A stretch of DNA of 64,000 bases from Selaginella moellendorffii. Its lineage: Eukaryota > Plantae > Lycopodiophyta. Below, piece after piece: positions 59,279-64,000 of this stretch. Numbering within the stretch: the first letter of the stretch is position 1; the number at the start of each line of letters is the position of its first letter. Made by a program: the position numbers and the translations under genes. The notes beneath the pieces are model-generated. The model was not told the origin of the DNA and made no database searches. It saw only the letters and a list, made by a program, of their open reading frames with translations. Location: the NCBI RefSeq assembly GCF_000143415.4, contig NW_003314346.1:588936-652935 (forward strand), read 5' to 3'.

Positions 59279-62264
59279 TGTGAGGTAGTGGCATTTTGGT
59301 AGTCATCGTATTGATTTCAATTCGGACCACTTGCTCCTATATATAAGTTAGGGTTTTTGGGTTAATTAATATATATATATTTTTTATATTCCCTTTCCAT
59401 ATTCCATGCACTCACATTGGTGGAGATAAAGGGCATCTTTAATTGTCCTTGAGGAGTGCTTGAATTTGGGATTTTGGTTTAAATGTAACTTTTGCATTGT
59501 TTAAATCTAACTTTTTCCATTTCCTTTCTTTTGTTCTTTCTTTTAGGATTTTGGTTTAGATTTAGCTTTTGTATTGTCTAGATCTCCCTTTCCTTTTAGC
59601 TTTTATATTGTCTAGATCTTCCTTTCCTTTTCATTCCTTTTCATAGCAAATTAGCAGTCTCTCCTTCTTTGACTCTAGAGCAATAATTGGTGTAATTGCT
59701 TGATGTTATATGATTGCAATTGAACAACTAAACTCAATTGATGGCAACATTCACAGCACGTAGCACAACTCCTCCTGCTCTTGGTGCCAATCCTCACGTT
59801 CAGCCAAAGTTCTTTCACAAGAATCCTAAGGATGATGTGTATCATTGGTTCGATCACTTTATGGTGATTACCACATATTTTTCTTGGGATGATGCTCGAT
59901 GTTTACGTGAGTTTCGCATATGTCTCTAAGGGATGGTGCTCAATAGTACAATGATTTGAATGCAGCCACTCATGGGGATTAGAGTATTCTCCTGGACATC
60001 TTCAAACGTGCATTTAGACATGCTAATAATTGTGATAATGCCTTCCAACAATTGCATCATCTTCGTCAAGGGCCATATGAACTGGTGATGCAATCTGGTG
60101 TTCATTTCTGGAGCCTCTTGCTTCATGCAAAGCCAAATATGTCGGAGCAGATTAAGCTAGGAATGTTGTGGCCAGCACTTTGTCAAGATCTTATCAGACT
60201 TGTGCATGCACTTGCTCCAGCCACTTTTGACGATGCTCTTCGTTTGATACAAAGTTATGAGACATCGCCTCTTCCACTTCTCGTTGCACGTCCTTCAGCT
60301 CCACTTCTTATGGGTGATGGTCCTGTTCCAATGGAGGTTAATGCTGCTACTACTCAAGCATAAGGACAAGGGCGAGGATATGGTTGTGATGTTTGCTGCT
60401 GGGTGTGTAATGAAATTGGTCACACTTATTGGTGTTATTGATGTTTTCCAAATTGGTGGCCTCCATTTATTGGGTGGAGAATTTGGCGTTAACAATGTCC
60501 TGTTGGTGTTGTTGCAATGGAAGGTTTGGATATCGAGATGCATTCGAAAAATGAGGAGTCACGCGAGTAATTGAAAGACTTTATGCAAATAAGTTAATGA
60601 CCCCTCCATCTTTCTTTTGAGAATATCATCAAGGGGTTCACTCAGCACCAGTTCATCCAATGTTTACTTTCCAAGCTTGTTTTTATAACAAGAGGTCTTC
60701 TATTATTATCTTTGTGTTAGTTGATACAAGTTCGAGTTCATCTTCTATTGCTCAACCTTCTATCTTCTATTACCACACGTTGCTATCTACACTTACATCG
60801 TGCGGCAGAGCTAGTTTTCATTCTTTATGGCAACGGCCGTACACATGTATATGCACAAAATGAGGCGGACTTGGTTATGCATGTAAGCGATCTCAAACTT
60901 GGGTTGTAGTTATTGCGGGTGGTGCCGATTCAAGCTTTTGACCTCATCTTTGATATGAATTGGTTACAGCATAATCATGCCAAGTGTGACTTTAAGGCTT
61001 CTCCCCTTGTCTTATACTTCCTTATATTTCATCCATTCCTCTCACTCATCCCTTTACTTCTACCTCTGCTTTGATTACTTTTATCTCCCCATTATTTCCT
61101 CCTATATTTCTATTTTATTTTACTCTTATCCTTTTCGATCCCTCCGACAATCTTTGTATTGTAGCAGTTGATTGGCTTATGAAGGAGTATGCCGATCTCT
61201 TTGAATTTGATCTATCGTCTAGGGCCAAGATTGCCACACATCATTCGATTCCAACCAAGGATGCTCGTCCAATCAAGGTTCCTGTTTGTCATCAGTCACC
61301 CAAAAAAATCAAAATTTTACATGCAAACGTTAAAGAGATGTTGGAAAAGGGTGTTATTCGAAAGTCGCAAAATCCTTGAGCATGTGAACTTCATCTTATG
61401 ACTAAGCCTGATCAGAGCATTCATTTCTGCATCGACTATCGTCCATTAAATGAAGTGACAATCCCAAATATGTACCCTCTTCCTCACACTGCTGATCTCT
61501 TGGATCATTTGGGGAGAAGTTATTAGTTCACCAAGCTAGATCTTGCTTTTGGGTACTGGCAAGTACCGATGGCTGAAGAAGATATTTCTAAGATTGTTTT
61601 TCATACACCATTTGGTTTGTCTGAGTTTTTGATGATGCCATTTGGTTTGAACAATGCTCTAGCAACTTTCTAGCGAATGAGGGATGAAGTTCTTTGCGAT
61701 ATGCCAAAGGTGACTGTTAACTTCATGATGTCTTGATCCACTCGGAGGGGACATAGGAGGAACACATCCATGATGTTCATAAAGTGTTTGATCTGTTACG
61801 GGATGTTAGTTTAAAGCTGAAGCGGTTGAAGTGTGTGTTTGGGTCTAAGGACACAACTTATCTTGGGTATTGTATTTCCCATGAGGGTTTGCAAGTTGAT
61901 CCTGACAAACTTGTGGCTATTCTAAAGTTCCCTATTCCGAAGTGTGTGAATGATGTGTAACGCTTATTGGGCAAGATGCAGTAGCTCAGTCATTTTGTGG
62001 ATCATTTTTCTGATCATACTACACTATTGCGAGTGTTGCTAAAGTCATCAATGTCATCTTTTATTTGAATTGTGGACTATGAGCGGGCATTTATGGATCT
62101 CAAAGAGCTATTAATGACTCATTTGGTTTTGGTATATCTTGATTACACTTGACCTTTCATTTTACATATAGATGCTTCTAATATTAGTCTTAGAGGTATG
62201 TTGATGCAAAAGAGCCCGAGTGTGCTTGGTTAATGCTATCCCATTACATATATTAGCTGTACAT
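59279..62264 (+). mobile_element. Old, truncated copy of the same Ty3/gypsy family (LTR remnant, PBS, gag, PR, RT, part of RNase H)
   Basis: Colinear with 37800-39290 and 46486-47403; many nonsense C>T/G>A changes; PBS TGGTGGAGATAAAGGG at ~59417. Confidence 0.9.
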
Positions 62265-64000
62265 GGAAAAGGGAGAAAAAGACAAGCTCGAAGATTCAAG
62301 CTTAGGAAAGTAAACTTGAGAGGTTCAAGGTTAGGACTGTATTCCTAACCTTGATGTGAGCAATAGCAACTATAAAAGTAAGACTTAGAATGTTTTTAGA
62401 CTTATCCCTAATACAAAATACATTGCAATACATTGTCATTTTGCCTATCTCTTTGGCTCTTCATAGCAATGGCAATGTCTTACTTACCCACCACCTTCAA
62501 GGGATCAAAGGCGTGGGTCTAGCACCTTCAAGCACTTGTTCACAGTCTCAACTTGGCTTGGCACAAGTAGGTAAGTGCATTCTTCTTGTCGTGTAGTTTT
62601 AGATTTAGGGACTAGATTAGATTTGAAACTCCTAGGAAGATCTCGTGTGGATGTTTTCCTCCCAGTTTATAGATTCCAGGAGTTTTCACTGGCGACCACG
62701 GTGGGATAGAGCAGATCAAGACGATCATTTCCCCCAAAACTTCAAGGAAAACGGACCAAAGACGCACAAGAAAATGGCATAGGAAGAAAAAAGCCCCAAA
62801 AATCAAGAAAAACAAGACCGTAAAACAAAAACGGTGGAAGAGCATGAAGGAATGAAGAAAAAAAAAATGGAGCGTAAGACCAAAAGATGAAGAACATTTG
62901 AAGATTGAAGCCACCCAAGTCGTGGAAAACTTGGAGCGTATGCGTAACTGTTTTTGGCGAGAGGTTGAAGAAAGCGAATATTCCAAGAATTTGCAATAAG
63001 GAAACGACCAAGGGAAAATTCTAGTGGCTGGAGATGGAGGAAGAATGAAAAAGCACGACTGCCCATTTGGAGACACAAGCTGTACAAGATACGAGGACTG
63101 CCTTTTGTGTGGTTTCAGAAATTGTGCAAAACCGTACAAGTAATGCTATCCAAAATGGCGATGTGACACTTGCAAGCAAACAAAAGCTAGACTCCGAAAC
63201 AAGGATGAAAATGCCACAGCTGAGGAGAGAAGGAAACGAGAAGAAATAGCCCAAGAAAACGACACTAAAAAGAGAGACGATAGTTTAGAACAAGCAGCGA
63301 AACAAAGCTTTAGTTGCTTACAAAAACTTCAAGAAACGATTCTGCGACTCTTCTATAAATTGTCTAGCAAATAGGAAGAATGCAAAAATGAGGAAATGTT
63401 GAAAGAAAAATATGTTTACTTCGATTTCTTTGCAACTCGAAGAACCCTGACTTGGGTGTATCGCGGACACCTCTTTCAACAAACAATTGTCGAATTCCTA
63501 GGCATACACAAACATGAAACTTTTCAACTATTAACGTTTGCTTTCAACACTGATTGGACGAGAGTCATAGTAGCAACAGAGTGTGGAACCTTTGAACCAC
63601 AAGTTCGTTGGTTTGTGGACACTTTTAGATTTAGAGATTTCGAAGAGAACGCGGAATTACTTTACTGACTTCTTCAAAGTCCTCTTCGTGTAACTCTACC
63701 AACAAGCACTCTTATCGAACTATATACTATAGCATATTGGCACCATTTAGGATGGACGAGAATAGCTGGAGAATTAAGAAATCAAGGACAAGGCCATCAA
63801 CAGAATCAAATTTGGAATTCAAGATTAAGAAACCGACGGGAACCTGAACTTGAGTCAAGTTCAAGGGAACGACTTGGAAACTCGAGGATAACAAGTCGAA
63901 GGAGGAGAAATTTAAGATAGAATCACAATAGGCCAAGATTAAATATAGTAACAAACTTCAACTTTGACACTGAGGTCCAACGTCGAAACCCCAGCCTAGA
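62265..64000. other. Unidentified sequence truncating the old gypsy copy (probably another repeat or LTR)
   Basis: Abrupt loss of similarity to pol at ~62265; no credible ORF. Confidence 0.3.

Overview
Eukaryotic plant nuclear DNA. Very short (~50-60 nt) GT-AG introns, PLS-PPR and F-box/kelch debris and plant telomeric CCCTAAA tracts point to an early-diverging land plant, most likely the lycophyte Selaginella; this is an inference. (1) 1-~11.7 kb looks like one large, partly decayed DNA transposon. It has a ~1,000-codon DDE-type transposase of the 'QxDN..ENKN..VGHTHEDVD' (DUF7869/Sola1-like) type. It is flanked by a divergent gene whose product combines a ParB/Srx-like domain with a degenerate amino-methyltransferase fold, and by a separate beta-class N4C/N6A DNA methyltransferase gene. 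About 17 copies of a 22-bp palindrome (ATGGCRTG-WGGCCW-CAYGCCAT) are scattered through it, several inside introns, and it also carries a ~600-bp fold-back and telomere-repeat-containing tandem repeats. This is the best candidate for an undescribed system. (2) 12-23 kb: two paralogous Cys/His ORFs, retroelement, F-box/kelch and PPR debris, and a histidine acid phosphatase. (3) 24-37.7 kb: a defence-gene cluster built by inverted and direct duplication (3 germin-like, 2 GH19 chitinases, BAHD acyltransferase and a fragment) plus an intronless, bacterial-looking CPBP/CAAX protease. (4) 37.8-49.4 kb: a young Ty3/gypsy element (174-bp LTRs, tRNA-Ala PBS, 4-bp TSD, -1 frameshift site with pseudoknot) interrupted by an antisense non-autonomous LTR element. 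(5) 50.5-55.6 kb: complex I 75-kDa subunit head-to-head with a TTC38-like gene. (6) 59.3-62.3 kb: an old decayed copy of the gypsy family. All family assignments come from motif recognition by eye; no database searches were run.
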